A DNA stretch of 64,000 nucleotides, taken from Saprolegnia diclina VS20 (lineage: Eukaryota). Position numbers and translations under genes: made by a program. How positions within the stretch are numbered: the first letter of the stretch is position 1; each line of letters opens with the position of its first letter. The DNA is taken from NCBI RefSeq assembly GCF_000281045.1, contig NW_008246070.1, positions 1,038,193 through 1,102,192 of the forward strand, read 5' to 3'. The notes beneath the pieces were generated by a model. It made no database searches and was not told where the DNA came from. It was given only the letters and a program-made list of their open reading frames with translations. Positions 10,941-22,935 of the stretch are shown piece after piece.

Positions 10941-12183
10941 CTTTGGTTCTTGTCCTTGAATGAAAAGTGATTTCACGCGCTTGGCCATCGAAAAACCATT
11001 GGTTCTCCTCGGTCCTGTCCGGATACTAGACGTCCGGATGAAATCATCTCGATATTTGTATCGACCACTCGTAGTTCGAAGTGAGGGCGGACACGAAATG
11101 CTGCGATGCCATTGGGGCCACGATCTTCGCTTCTGAACGACTAATTGCTTCGAGTGTGAGCAAGCGCGACAGCGTTGAGGCGCTAGTACCGATAGTGGCG
11201 TCGTAGCCATGTTCGTGAGGGCTTCGATGAATATACACTCCACGATGAACTAAAACACTTTTTCATTCTACTGAAAACTTATCGCAGCTCGACTTCCTCC
11301 CATCTGTGCCAAACGCCACCTCGAAATGCTCTGAGAAACCAGCAAAAGCCAGAGCGAAAGCTGTGGCCATCCGCGGAGGTCCTCACGTCGTATCAACTTT
11401 GACAAGATTGGTGTACCGACTGCGCCAAGTCCAGCAATCTGCGAGCTTTGGGAATCAATGGCAACGCAGCGCTGCCGTCGCAGATGTTGGGTCACGCCAT
11501 GCGAAATGATTGCCTCTCGAGTCACGGAATCAAGGCGATGGTGAGCACGCGCTGCTGCTGCGCACCAGCACCGCCGTCCACCGCGCGCGGTGCTGCATGA
11601 CGACTCGTTAAAGACATGGTCGATCTTCGCATCGCTTCGTCACGCATGACCGCTGTGTCAACAGAGACTTGCTGCACCGAGAGAACATCGAGCGTATCTT
11701 GGTTCAACTTCGATCCAACCGAAGCAAAAGATCGTCACGCGACGTCTGGCTCGTGCGGGTGGCTCGCAACGCGCTAGAGTTCGCGGGGCGACCGTCGATC
11801 CGCTTCACTTCGCTGAGTTTCGTTAATCATGAGAGCGGTGCGCAAAGGCGACGCGCGACTGTCCCAGAGGTCCACGGTGCCGACGCCATGGCCGACCACG
11901 ACGACCGGCCACGCACTCCAATTGGATGCGACCACGCCGCCAGCTGGCAGGACGACTTCGACTTGCTTCATGTAACCGGTTGGTTTCCGCCCCGAGACAT
12001 ACAAACAAGAAGTGTACGAGTCGGCTCGCCACAGTCGGCGCCAACTTCGGCCAGGCCTCAGCCGTGGCAGAATGGTACGCCGAGCATGGCCAGTCACCGA
12101 TTTGCACGCTTCCAGTGCGATCGCGGCGTGTAGATTCGTTTGACCATTGTTGCATACTTCCTATTTATAACACCACTGCATTC

Positions 12184-13129
12184 ATGGACCTGAGTTGCCG
12201 CGAGGACCTTGTGGGCGCGGACAAGGCGTCGTCGTCCGTGCTGGTTGTGGCGGACGATGGTACGACGAGCGCCGACGAGCTCCAGTGCCTCCGCGCGCGC
12301 GAGCGCACGACCGCGCCCAGCGCCATGTACTTGCTCCTCGTGCAAGCCCAAGGCGTCGTCGAGGCGTCGCGCGACCACATCTGCTGCTGGATCGCCGAGG
12401 TATTAGTTGACTGCGACGCATGCCGCACGCACTCATATTCTGACGCCGCAGGTGGCCCTCGAGTTTCACTTTTCGCGCATCACGACCGCGGTCGCCATCA
12501 ACTACCTCGACCGGTACCTCTCGCAGCACGCGTCGACGCCGCACCGGCTCCAGCTCGTGGGCCTCGTCGCGATCCTCATCGCGTCCAAATTTCATGAGAA
12601 GGACGGCATCTCGATGGACGAAGCCAAGGAGATTGCGGCCAACGTCTTTACCGTCGAAGACATTACGCGCATGGAGGCCAATATGCTGTCGGCGCTCCAG
12701 TGGAAGCTGCATGCGGTAGTGCCGGCCATGTACATCGACACGTTTCTGCAGGACCTCCAGCAAACGCGGCTGATGGCGCCGACCTGCGCTGATATGACGG
12801 CCGTCCACCACACTGCGTACATCCAGCTCGGCTTTTTGCCGTCCACTGTGGCGATCGCGATCAGCCACCTCGCGTACGACGTGCACGGGCTCTCGAAGGC
12901 GCCTTTGGATGCGTACTTGAAGCGCATGGACATGGATCCTGAGAGCAACGACGTCGCCGACTGCCAGCGCCAACTGCGCATGCTGCTTCCCGCGCACTTA
13001 TGGAAAACGAAAAAGCGGGACCGGTCGCCGAGCCCGTCCGGCGTCGACGACGTCTTTCATTGCATCGAGCCCGACGACGAGGACGAAGAGTGTGTCGTAC
13101 CAGAGGCAAAGCGGGCAAAGACCAGCTAG
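12184..13129 (+). CDS. Cyclin, D-type-like; exons 12184-12399 and 12452-13129
   Basis: Cyclin box RDHICCWIAE|V...AINYLDRYLS...LQLVGLVAILIASKFHE...RMEANMLSALQWKL; N-terminal LSCRE (LxCxE). Confidence 0.9.
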
Positions 13130-13291
13130 CGTTGCGTAGCCGACGACGTGCGATGTACTACCATGAACCTTAAAACCTTAACTTACTGAGACCTTGTCCA
13201 ATGTGACGCCGTACAGCGCTGAGTTGCGAGACTTGTTGGTTCACACGCTGGACTGCGGGATAAACTTTAGCGTTGAGCCTCGAGCCGAAGC

Positions 13292-13348
13292 GCGCAAGCT
13301 CAACGACAGAGCGCAAGCTTAATGATAGAGCGCAAGCTTAACGAAAGA
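13292..13348 (+). repeat. Three tandem copies of a 19-bp unit (GCGCAAGCTYAAYGAHAGA)
   Basis: gcgcaagctcaacgacaga / gcgcaagcttaatgataga / gcgcaagcttaacgaaaga. Confidence 0.85.
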
Positions 13349-13494
13349 AGGTCTCTGGGAGAGCCGATTGGATAGAGTCGTGGCAATGGTGGCGATCTTG
13401 ATGCAATCCAAATTTACGCTGAAACCTTCAACGGCATCCGGATGAATCATCCGGAAGAGCCAGGATATTCGAAACCCATATTTCGTGCAGCAAG

Positions 13495-13791
13495 ATGAGC
13501 AGCAACATGAACGTGTCGGACGCGCTGCCCGAGCTCCTCGACGTGGTCGACGTCCGCATCCGGCCAGCCGTTGGCAGCTCGTCTCTTTCCTCGAGCGTGA
13601 GCGCAGGACCCGCGAGCGCGCTGCAGTCGGACGCAATGACCCTCGACATGAACCGCATGGCGATTGCCGTCGACCTGCAAGAATGCTGCCTGCCGCCAGG
13701 ATGGCGGGCGCGCTACTCACCGCACCATCGAAAGGTCTGCTACTTCCACGAGTCGGGTATGCAGCAATGGACTCATCCCAGTGCGCCGTAA
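13495..13791 (+). CDS. Small WW-domain protein (98 aa)
   Basis: LPPGWRARYSPHHRKVCYFHESGMQQWTHP matches the WW pattern LPxGW...YF...xWxxP. Confidence 0.75.
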   Translation: MSSNMNVSDALPELLDVVDVRIRPAVGSSSLSSSVSAGPASALQSDAMTLDMNRMAIAVDLQECCLPPGWRARYSPHHRKVCYFHESGMQQWTHPSAP

Positions 13792-15161
13792 ACGAATCGG
13801 CAACGCCCACCTCTTCCACAGCACGTGCTCGGATGGAAGATTCACTCGACCGCCGCCATGCGCTCTTGATCGACGACTGCGCCGTGTAGCCTCTCATGAC
13901 GTGTCCAAGCCGCCCGTCTCGAGCACTCACTTCATGTATACCGTTGCGTCCAATACGAGTTTGCACTTTGAGTTTGCACTTTGACGATGCATGCCTGTCT
14001 GCCTCTTGTGAGGTCGCACAGTGACAACCCGTGACATCGCAGCTTTCGCCCTGCCCATACTAAAGCAAACTCGCAAACCAGCGGGAGAGAAGATCACAAA
14101 GCACGGGGTACCTTCATGGCCGGCGCGTCGAGTCGCAATTCTTGTCGTATCATACACTACGACCGGCCGTGCAAGTGTACTAGTTCACTACATGTACTGT
14201 TGTCGTCGCCCGAAACTTTGTGCAGCACCTGCACCTTCCTGAAGGGCACATTCGTCCAGGTCTCACGTGCACGTTGCCACACATACGTCTGCACGTACGT
14301 CGCCAATGTAGCTCGTCATTCCAGCGCAAGAGTATTCGAACGTTGACAAATGCACGGAGATACCCCACGAATCTCGATTCATTTTTCTCTAGCCCGCGGT
14401 GACGATGCTCTTAACTCGATAATCCGTATCGCAGTTTTGTAAATCGATGGTGGGAAGCGGTATCATGCCCAAGTCAATGCCCGCTAAGTGGTCTACGTCA
14501 CGCCTGTGTTGATGCAACAGGCACCAAATTTCATTGCCTCGAGCAACAACTCTCTGGCCAGTGATCGTCATGATTGGCATTCCTCGTGCCAAAGAAGACT
14601 GGGCAGCCGCAATGGCGAGGCCTCGTTGACATCAGTTGCACCGCAAGGCGGACTGACTGGCTTGTGCTGCGTCGTCCTTTTGACCCTTTGTTGTGTCGTC
14701 ACCCACAACCCCCTCGGTACCCGAGGTACTGTAGGGTGTCGCTTCAGGTCGCCAGCACATCAACCTCTGCATGCGAAGGATACTGTAGCAGTATGTACCT
14801 TGCACATCGAAGATACGACGGCGCACAAAAACACACGTGCCACGTGTAATATTTGTCCAACGCTCGACGACGACAGCGCCGACTGATTTCAGGCCATGTC
14901 CGTGTTGACGCCTGCAGCTCAATATTCGTCGGTTCCAGCTGGTGTGAACAGGTCGACCTTAATCACACCAATCAGCTGTGGAATTGGCCGATAGAGCGCG
15001 CCAAGTGGCTATAATAGAGTGCTTTTCTTCCAATCGTGTCACGGTTTAACCCACCGTGAGTTCTGTCTGCCCTCATTTGTTGGATTGACGGGATCTGGCC
15101 ACTCTGCGACCGACGTAGCGGCCTCGTCCAGCTCTGCGCCTTCGCCACTCTCGCGCCGAAT

Positions 15162-15503
15162 ATGATTCGATCCAGCCTCGGCAGCGCTAGCGCGTCTGCA
15201 GACGGCAGCCATGCCTACCGTGCTAGCGCACTTCGAGCACTCGACAACTCGTCGTCTGACAGCAGCTCCTCGGCCAGCACGGATGGCAGCATCAACTTCC
15301 CGCCCGACGACGACGGCTCTTCCAGCAATGACTACTTTGACTACGACGTTAGCAGTCCGGACGAGACGGCGCTGTACCAAGGCGTGACCATCGGCGCCGG
15401 CTCGCTCGTGCTCGTGGTTCTGGCTGGTTGTTTCTGGTGGATCTTGCGAAGACGACGACTGCGTCGAAAAGCCTCGATGAGGGCCGCGACAACACCTTTA
15501 TGA
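15162..15503 (+). CDS. Small Ser-rich single-pass membrane protein (start uncertain)
   Basis: Ser/Asp-rich N-terminus, TM GVTIGAGSLVLVVLAGCFWWIL, then a basic stop-transfer RRRRLRRK. Confidence 0.6.
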   Translation: MIRSSLGSASASADGSHAYRASALRALDNSSSDSSSSASTDGSINFPPDDDGSSSNDYFDYDVSSPDETALYQGVTIGAGSLVLVVLAGCFWWILRRRRLRRKASMRAATTPL

Positions 15504-15987
15504 GGCTCGAATGCAACAACCACGAGTCCTTCGCTCCTTCCTGCGATGCCTCCCATGCATGGCGACATCAACCTCTCATTAGTTAGCGTAAATATCTATG
15601 TAATGAAGCTCCGAACCGCCGGGGTCTTCTGTCTTGCGTCCACATCGGTCTCGTCTATGCGCTTGGTGCAGCAGCGTTGTCAAGCCCAGTCGACGCCAAG
15701 GCACCACAGGAAGCGCGGTAGCGGAATGCATGCTATCTGGTTGACTAAAATGACCACTCCTAAGAAACTGCACGGCGTTCCAGCGCATGACGTTGTCTCA
15801 CGCCTCAGGAATTTCTATCTGTGATAATGGTTTGCATCCGCTTAGCCCAACGAACATACTTGATTGCGCGAGCTTGTACAAGCCGCGCGATGCCCAGCAT
15901 GAGGCCATAGCAATAGTTGGGTGTTGTGAGACATAGCCTGCTCTGGGAACGCATCCAATATTCGTTTTCAAGGGATATTGACCGCTC

Positions 15988-17540
15988 ATGCTGGCCCTGG
16001 CGATGTCGGTCCTAAGCCGCGTGCTCTGGGTCAACTCGCCCTTCCAGCTTCTACTGGACAATGGAGCGCTCTTCATGCTCGAGGTCGTCTCGTACGCTTG
16101 CGCCATCTTCATGGTCCTCCATGCGCTTGGCTCGCCCCGACGCTCCAGGATCGTGCTCGGGACCATCTTTGTCTACCACGTCGTGCTCCTGGGCCTCGGG
16201 CGCGTCGATGCTGATGTGACCATCACGTGGTACGCGCAAGGCATGGTAGGCATCACCCTCGGCGATTCCTGCGAATGCTACCATGCGCGTCTAGATCATG
16301 CTGGGCGGAGGCCACTTGCCTCTGTACCTTGTCGTGCTCCATACGCTCTTCTACTACGTGTACGTCTTGATCGCGATATGGAAGCACGTCGCCTAAGTCT
16401 GGCAATGTAGGGCCTACATTACGACCCAGCGACTTCATCTCCAAGACTATGCGAGCGCCTGCGTCTTTGTCGTCATCGTCGTGGGCCTCAATTTTCCCCT
16501 CGAGCTCATGGGGCCAAAGTTCATCCTCTGGACCTTCCACGACACGGAGCCGACACTCAAAGAGCGCTTCCTCTCGATCCCGATCGCTATCCTGCTCGCC
16601 CACATTGCGTCCGCTCTTTCGTTCTACTCGACGCTTTGGGGCGCCATCTCGTACCGACCATCGTCATTCCTACAGCATGATGATGTGTCTGCGTCGGTAG
16701 GCTGGGGCTCAAAGGCCACTTGTACCACGACGAGCAAGCCGTGGCCGAGCACATCTACCCGATCGCGTCGATCTTGGTGTCGATTCCACTCTCGGTGTTT
16801 TACTTCGCCATGCTCTTCCACCTCGTCTGTGACCTGCTCTTGATCCAGCCGCAGGTACGTACTACAACTAGGCTTGGCCTGCTCGCTGCATCCATGATGC
16901 GTGTTGTAGATCTTGCTGCTCGCGCTCGTCGCCCTCAGCGTCGCCATCATTTGGACGTGCGACCGCCTCGGCGGTACTGCAACGCATCGTTTGTTGGGTG
17001 CAAAATGCGAGATTTTCGTAGGCGACTTGGGGCCGCCCCAGATCCCGCCGTGGGTCTATGACGGCGAGTGGACAAGCGCGTGGTACGACCACGCGCTTGT
17101 GCAGGCTGTGTTTCTCTACACGGGGATCCTCGCCCTCCTGACGCTCGTGATCAACCCGACGCGCCTCACGTCCTTGAGCTTCCACCAGCGCCTTGGCGAC
17201 TGCTCGATCGACACGAATTACATGACGCTCTTGGCGACAACGCTGACGCGCGCCATGTACCTCTGCTCGAAAGCCTACGACGAAGAGTTTACGTTGTGCA
17301 ACGTGCCGTCGTCGCAGGTGAGGCTGCTCCTCGCAGGACGCCTCTCATCGTCGTGTGTAGCTCCACACGTACGAGCCATGGTACGCGATCTGCGGCCGCA
17401 AGTACGAGCACAAGGCGTTCCCCAACTACCTCGTATGCATGCTTGTGGCCACCACCGCCATTGTCTTGGGCTTGCGCGCTGCATATAGCGTTCTGCGCCC
17501 GACCTATGTGCAGCGCTTCGTCGGCCCCAAGGCGTCGTAG
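15988..17540 (+). CDS. Multi-pass membrane protein, DUF7802-like (multi-exon; true start may lie upstream)
   Basis: Spliced exons give WYAQGM|IMLGGGHLPLY, MGPKFILWTFHDTEPTLKERF and a Cys-containing loop HQRLGDC...YLCSKAYDEEFTLC...WYAICG; stop TAG 17538-17540. Confidence 0.65.
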
Positions 17541-17643
17541 CTTTGTGTAATAGAGAATGCGTCGACGAGCATGCTGTCAGAGAGGCGGGAGGAAGGGATC
17601 ATCGAGACAGGGGTGGTTTAATTTTATCATCTAGCAGCGCCAT

Positions 17644-18708
17644 TTACAAAGCGCGGGACGTCGTGCGCTTGACGGCGGCAATGATGTCGTGGGCGTGGGG
17701 CACAGCGATGCGCTCGAGGTTCTCGGCGTACGGCATCGGGATGTCGGCGCCCGTCACGCGCTCCATGGGCGCGTCCAAATAATCAAAGGCCTCGGTTTCC
17801 ATGAGGATGCCGGCGATCTCCGCGCCAATGCCGTGCTGGCCCCAGCCTTCTTCGACCGAGACGATGCGCGACGTCTTCTTGACCGACTCGATGATCGTGT
17901 CGCGGTCAAGCGGGCGGATCGAGCGGAGGTTGATGACTTCGACATCAATGCCTTCCTTGGCCAACTCGGCGGCGGCCTCGATCGCGACGGCGACCATGCG
18001 CGAGAACGTGACGATCGTCACGTCCTTGCCGGCCTTCATGATCTTGGCCTTGCCAAACGGGATGACAAAGTCCTTGTCCTGGGCCTCCTTGCTCACAGGG
18101 AACGACACACCGTAGAGGAGTTCGTTTTCCAAGACGACGACCGGGTTCGGGTCACGGATGGCCGCCTTGAGGAGACCACGGGCATCCTCGGCATCGTACG
18201 GCACGACGACCTTGAGGCCGGGCACCGAGCCGTACCAGGCGGCAAAGCACTGCGAGTGCTGGGCGGCGACACCGGCGGCGACACCGTTCGAGCCACGGAA
18301 GACGATCGGGACGTTGATGTCACCGTTGGACATGTAGAACTGCTTGGCGGCCGAGTTGATGATCTGATCGATGGCCTGCATTGCAAAGTTGAACGTCATG
18401 AACTCGACGATGGGCTTGGTGCCATGGTACGCGGCGCCAACGCAGAGACCGGTGAAGCCCATTTCCGTGATGGGCGTGTCCCAGATGCGCTTCTCGCCGT
18501 ACTTGTCGTAGAGGCCCTTGGAGACCTTGTACGCGCCGTTGTACTTGGCGACCTCTTCGCCCATGAGGAAGACGCTCTCGTCGCGGGCGAGCTCCTCGTC
18601 CATCGCCGTGTTCAAGGCGTCACGGACCGTCATGTTGTCGGAGACGGTCGCCATGAAGCGGGCGCGGACCGGGCCGGCGCGGACCGAGCGAGCAAGACGG
18701 GACAGCAT
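17644..18708 (-). CDS. PDHB: Pyruvate dehydrogenase E1 beta subunit, mitochondrial
   Basis: Arg-rich presequence, [37 protein letters not shown] and FDYLDAP. Confidence 0.98.
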   Translation of the reverse strand: MLSRLARSVRAGPVRARFMATVSDNMTVRDALNTAMDEELARDESVFLMGEEVAKYNGAYKVSKGLYDKYGEKRIWDTPITEMGFTGLCVGAAYHGTKPIVEFMTFNFAMQAIDQIINSAAKQFYMSNGDINVPIVFRGSNGVAAGVAAQHSQCFAAWYGSVPGLKVVVPYDAEDARGLLKAAIRDPNPVVVLENELLYGVSFPVSKEAQDKDFVIPFGKAKIMKAGKDVTIVTFSRMVAVAIEAAAELAKEGIDVEVINLRSIRPLDRDTIIESVKKTSRIVSVEEGWGQHGIGAEIAGILMETEAFDYLDAPMERVTGADIPMPYAENLERIAVPHAHDIIAAVKRTTSRAL

Positions 18709-19370
18709 CGTGATGATTGGTCGCAAGCAATTCAATGTATGATCCAGCGTCCCGAGTTGACTGCCCAAATCACCACACAAACTTTATCTTGCGAAATTTA
18801 ATTCGATTTTGATGCGCGTTTTTCCGCCTTCACATAGAGCGACGTCGTCTTTTTTTACAGCCGCCGCATGATTTTTATTCCGCTTTCGATCGACGGGTTT
18901 CTACACCGGCGCCGCAAAGCAATAAATTAAGCACCGGCCAGAACGCAAATAGTGTATGGGACGCCGACAGTATTTCTTGCCGAAGGCCAATGAACCAAAA
19001 TCGACGGTACCCTTCCTTGTACTCACCGTACGTCAGTGCAGCCCGGGCCTACGTCCTGTTGTCGAACAAAACGATCGTATTGTGCCTACGTTTCTGCCGT
19101 CGATTTGAATTCGAGGGATGAGACGTGGCCACTTCGAGGACGTCGGGCTGGAATGCAGATTAACACTATTTACTTGGAATGGACGCGCAATGTCTTTTTA
19201 AACGAAGTGGGACGTACATTATTTGCGTGAAAAGCCCCTTCGGGGTTTAAAAATACACTGTTTCATATTGAATTTGTATGCGAGATTGTGTATTTTATTC
19301 CACTGGATTTCTGCTGTCGGGAACCGACGTCCCCAGCTGTTTCGAGTGAAGTCATCACCGCCGAGGGGAT

Positions 19371-20998
19371 ATGACGCAAACGCCCGGCCCGACGCTCCGC
19401 GGGGCGGCGCCGGCCATGGCCGCCGATGCAGACACCGGCATGAACCTCGACCATGCCAATTTTGACGAGGCCAAGACGAAGCGCTACGTGAAGGAGGTGC
19501 CCATCGCGGTCTATGCGGCCCTGGCGGCCGAGGCGACTGCCAGTGTGCTCCTCACAGCCACGTTCAATACCTTCCACGTCGAGACGTTCTTGACCGAGTA
19601 CAAGCTCGACCTCGCCTCGTACGCGTCTGGCCACGTGCTCTACGCCGTCATCAACACGCTCAACGACCTTGTTGGCGCCTACATTGTCGATGCATGGGCT
19701 GTGACAAAGGTAGACAAATCGGCTCCGGCTACGCTCGATGCTGGGCGTAGGGCCGTGCATGGCTCATGCTCTGCGGTGGGTGCGCCTGGTCGATCATGTT
19801 TCTCTTGCCGTGGTTCCCATGGCGCGCGTACCCTGCGCTACACTTTGTCGTCAGCCTCTCGTGCTACGACACACTCTACTCGTTCTGCGCGATTGCGGGC
19901 GGGTCGCTCTTGACCGAAATGCATGTATCGGACCGCCAGCGCATCCAGGTACGCACCTTCCACATGGCGTCCATGGCTTCATGGTTGCGACCGCAGATTC
20001 TTCGAGTCAAGACGATCGTCGGGATGGCGTCGGCCTTTGTCGTGATGCAACTCGGACAGTACTACTTTGCCGACAAGACGGCGTTTCGCGCCTACTGCGT
20101 GGCTCTCGCGCTCCTCGCGGCGGCTCTCTACGGCATCTTTTACAGCTTGTTGCAGACACGGTCGGCGGCGTATCTCGTCGCGCTGCCGCGTGCGTCGACA
20201 CCATCATCGTTGTCGTCATCGTCATCGGCATTGAGCATCGCTTCGATCAAAGCGCTTCTTGAGGACTTCTACCATCTCCACAACTTTCGATACTGGCTCG
20301 GCATGGAAATGTGCCTGGAAACGCAGTGCAACTTCAACAAGCACTACTTGCGTATCTTCCTCGTGCACTTTGCCGCGGGTCTCTGGTCCCCGGCGACGAT
20401 TGCATCGGTGATTGCCAGTCTCCCGCTCCTCAAGCAGCTCGTCAAGCTTCTTGTCTTCTCGGTCATGGACCGCATCGGCGTCTACCGGCTCTACCACGAC
20501 TCGTTTGTGACCAAGCTGGTCGCCGTGGTTGGGACCCTGTACGCGGTCCACACGTTCCCGCACCCGAGCGTGGTCTTGGTCGCATTTCTTTTGCTCAACA
20601 TGGTCGTGACCGAGCTCCCCACGGGCGGGTTCCCCATTGCCATGAGCAACATGCACAAGGAGCTGAGTCTCCGGCGCCAAGAGACGGGCCGCGGCGTCGT
20701 TGCGTCTTCGTCAGCTATGTTTATGGGCCTGAACGCAGTCTTTTGCAAGCCCATGGACTCGCTGCTGCCTATTCTGGCCGCGATGCAGCTCGACGCCGCA
20801 GGTTTTCAAGCCAACGAGAACTCGCCGGCCGTGTCGGTTGCCATGACGCGCCTCCTGGTGTACCCGCCGCTGATCTTGTCGCTACTGCAGCTCTGGAGCT
20901 GGCGGCGCTATACGCTGGATGCGACGCACGTCGCTTCCATCGAGCAAGCGCTGTGCACGCCAAGCAGCAGCCCCCAGAACATCAAGCACGTGGTCTAA
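19371..20998 (+). CDS. MFS-type transporter, MFSD13A/TMEM180-like
   Basis: About 12 TM segments; YAVINTLND, YDTLYSF and MFMGLNAVFCKPMDSLLP; intron about 19710-19750 and a likely in-frame intron about 19948-19996. Confidence 0.7.
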
Positions 20999-21468
20999 CC
21001 CACGAGCCCAGTTTTGTGTTAGAGTTAAACGGCAAGTTGAACAACGTCGGCGAAGAATGTTCCTGCGCGTCGTGCCACGCAGTAGCCACGTACTGTACAT
21101 TTCGTGCATCCCAGTCGAGCGAGACGGTACATACGTATGAGTAGTACCATGAGCTGCCACCGTGCGTCTTTGCTCATCTAAATACGACAATGTATTCCAC
21201 TCGCAGGACGCACTGAGCTTGTCGGCGAGCTGGACCACAAGGACCGTGGATTTGGTTTGTGCCCCGGGGTCTCGCAAAAGAAAAGGCTGTTCTCTTCGAA
21301 CTTCGCAGTGGAAAAGAGGCGGCGCTGGAACGCGCGTCGACAGTTCCCTCTGCCGCACTTTCTACGAACTTCGGTTTCGCGCGTCGTTGATTGGTGCCGA
21401 GCCGACTGCGCAGCGCACGCCATCGACTCGGCACATCGAATTCGATCGAATTCTGCGCCGAAGGTCGA

Positions 21469-22326
21469 ATGCTGCAGCATGTGCCGGTCTTCCTCCAGAA
21501 GACGTACGACATGATCCAGAACTGCCCCGAGTTCATTGCGACGTGGTCGACGTCCGGCGAGACCTTCATCATCAAGCGCATCAACGAGTTCGCGGCCGAG
21601 ATCCTCCCGCGCTACTTTAAGCACAACAACTTTTCGAGCTTTGCGCGCCAGCTCAACTTCTATGGCTTCCACAAGGTCAAGAAAGAGGACATCCTTCTCC
21701 GGACGCGCACGCCCAACGCGCCGGACGCCGCGCTCGAAGCCCAGGGCTGGTGGGAGTTCTCGCACCCGCTCTTTGTTCGCGACGAACCCGAGAAGATGGC
21801 CAGCATCCGCCGCAAGACGTACGCGGACTCGGCGCACGTGCATCATAACAATGCCTCGTCGTCCGCGTCCGACAACAAGTCGGAGCTTGAGGAGCTCAAG
21901 GGCTTTGTGAGCGAACTCGTCGACGACATGAAGGGCGAGCTCGCGTCGCTGAAGAGCCAAGTGAGCATGCTTGCGCATCACATGTCCTCGATCGGCTCGC
22001 TCATGCAGATGATCGTGCAGCAGCACCAACAGCAGTCGTCGATGACAATGCCGCACCATTTGCCCGCGCCCATGCACATGCCGACGAACGACGACTATGG
22101 CCACCAGCCGCTCAAGCGCCGCAAGATGGAGCACGCGACCTCTACGTCGTCGTCGTCACCACCGACTGCGTCGCCGGCCATCCTGCTGCCACCGCTCAAC
22201 TCGATCCGGCACCACATCAAGGCGGACGAGCCGCCCACGCAGAACCATCACTTGGACGAATCCGAGGCGACGGCGGCCTATTTGCTGTATCACGCGCGCC
22301 GGAACGACCCGCCACCGATGCAGTGA
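21469..22326 (+). CDS. Heat-shock-factor type transcription factor
   Basis: PVFLQKTYDMI...ILPRYFKHNNFSSFARQLNFYGFHK...WEFSHPLF DNA-binding domain followed by a coiled coil. Confidence 0.95.
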   Translation: MLQHVPVFLQKTYDMIQNCPEFIATWSTSGETFIIKRINEFAAEILPRYFKHNNFSSFARQLNFYGFHKVKKEDILLRTRTPNAPDAALEAQGWWEFSHPLFVRDEPEKMASIRRKTYADSAHVHHNNASSSASDNKSELEELKGFVSELVDDMKGELASLKSQVSMLAHHMSSIGSLMQMIVQQHQQQSSMTMPHHLPAPMHMPTNDDYGHQPLKRRKMEHATSTSSSSPPTASPAILLPPLNSIRHHIKADEPPTQNHHLDESEATAAYLLYHARRNDPPPMQ

Positions 22327-22460
22327 GGCGGCCCTTAATTTTAACCAACTTTTGTACACTGCTGCGGGCACGACGAGCGCCCGAGCAATCGTCCAGTGCC
22401 CTGGATTGCTCGAAAACGGCAAAGTCGCTGGGAAAGGTCGCAGTATAAGATCGCGTTTCG

Positions 22461-22898
22461 ATGAGCTCCAACACGCCGAGCGAAGAGCTCCGCGACGCCA
22501 TTTGCGATACGCGCGGCGGCGACCTGGACGCGCTGCTTGCGCAAGGCGCCGACGCCAACTACGTGGACGAGGAAAGCGGGTGGGCGCTTTTGTTGTGGGC
22601 CGTCAAGACCAATCAGCCAGCGGCCGTGGCCACCTTGTTGGCCCACGGCGCTAACGTCAACGCCGCTGGTGCGTACACTTTGAGCCAACACGCTGCATGT
22701 AGAAGCCTATGCTTGCTACTAGATCCGAGTGGCAATACGGCACTGCATAAAGCAGCGTATTTGGGCCACGCCGAGTGCGCGACGCTGCTCTTGGCGCGCG
22801 GCGCCAACGCTGATCTCCACAACAAGATGCAGCAGACCGCGCGGGACCTCGCGCTTCTCTTTGAGAAGCCTGAAATGGCCGTCCTCATGACGCAATGA
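22461..22898 (+). CDS. Small ankyrin-repeat protein (probable in-frame intron about 22668-22721)
   Basis: LLAQGADAN, LLAHGANVN, GNTALHKAAYLGH and LLARGANAD. Confidence 0.9.
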   Translation: MSSNTPSEELRDAICDTRGGDLDALLAQGADANYVDEESGWALLLWAVKTNQPAAVATLLAHGANVNAAGAYTLSQHAACRSLCLLLDPSGNTALHKAAYLGHAECATLLLARGANADLHNKMQQTARDLALLFEKPEMAVLMTQ

Positions 22899-22935
22899 CG
22901 ATGCCAAACGCGTCTTTTATTCGTGTATGGGGATC

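Noticed and set aside
11522..12000. Possible WD40-like remnant on the minus strand (GTVDLWDSR, HPHEPDV)
   Set aside because: Only fragmentary similarity, an in-frame stop and no coherent gene model.
13292..13348. Repeat considered as a CRISPR-like array
   Set aside because: Contiguous units without spacers, eukaryotic context and no cas genes.
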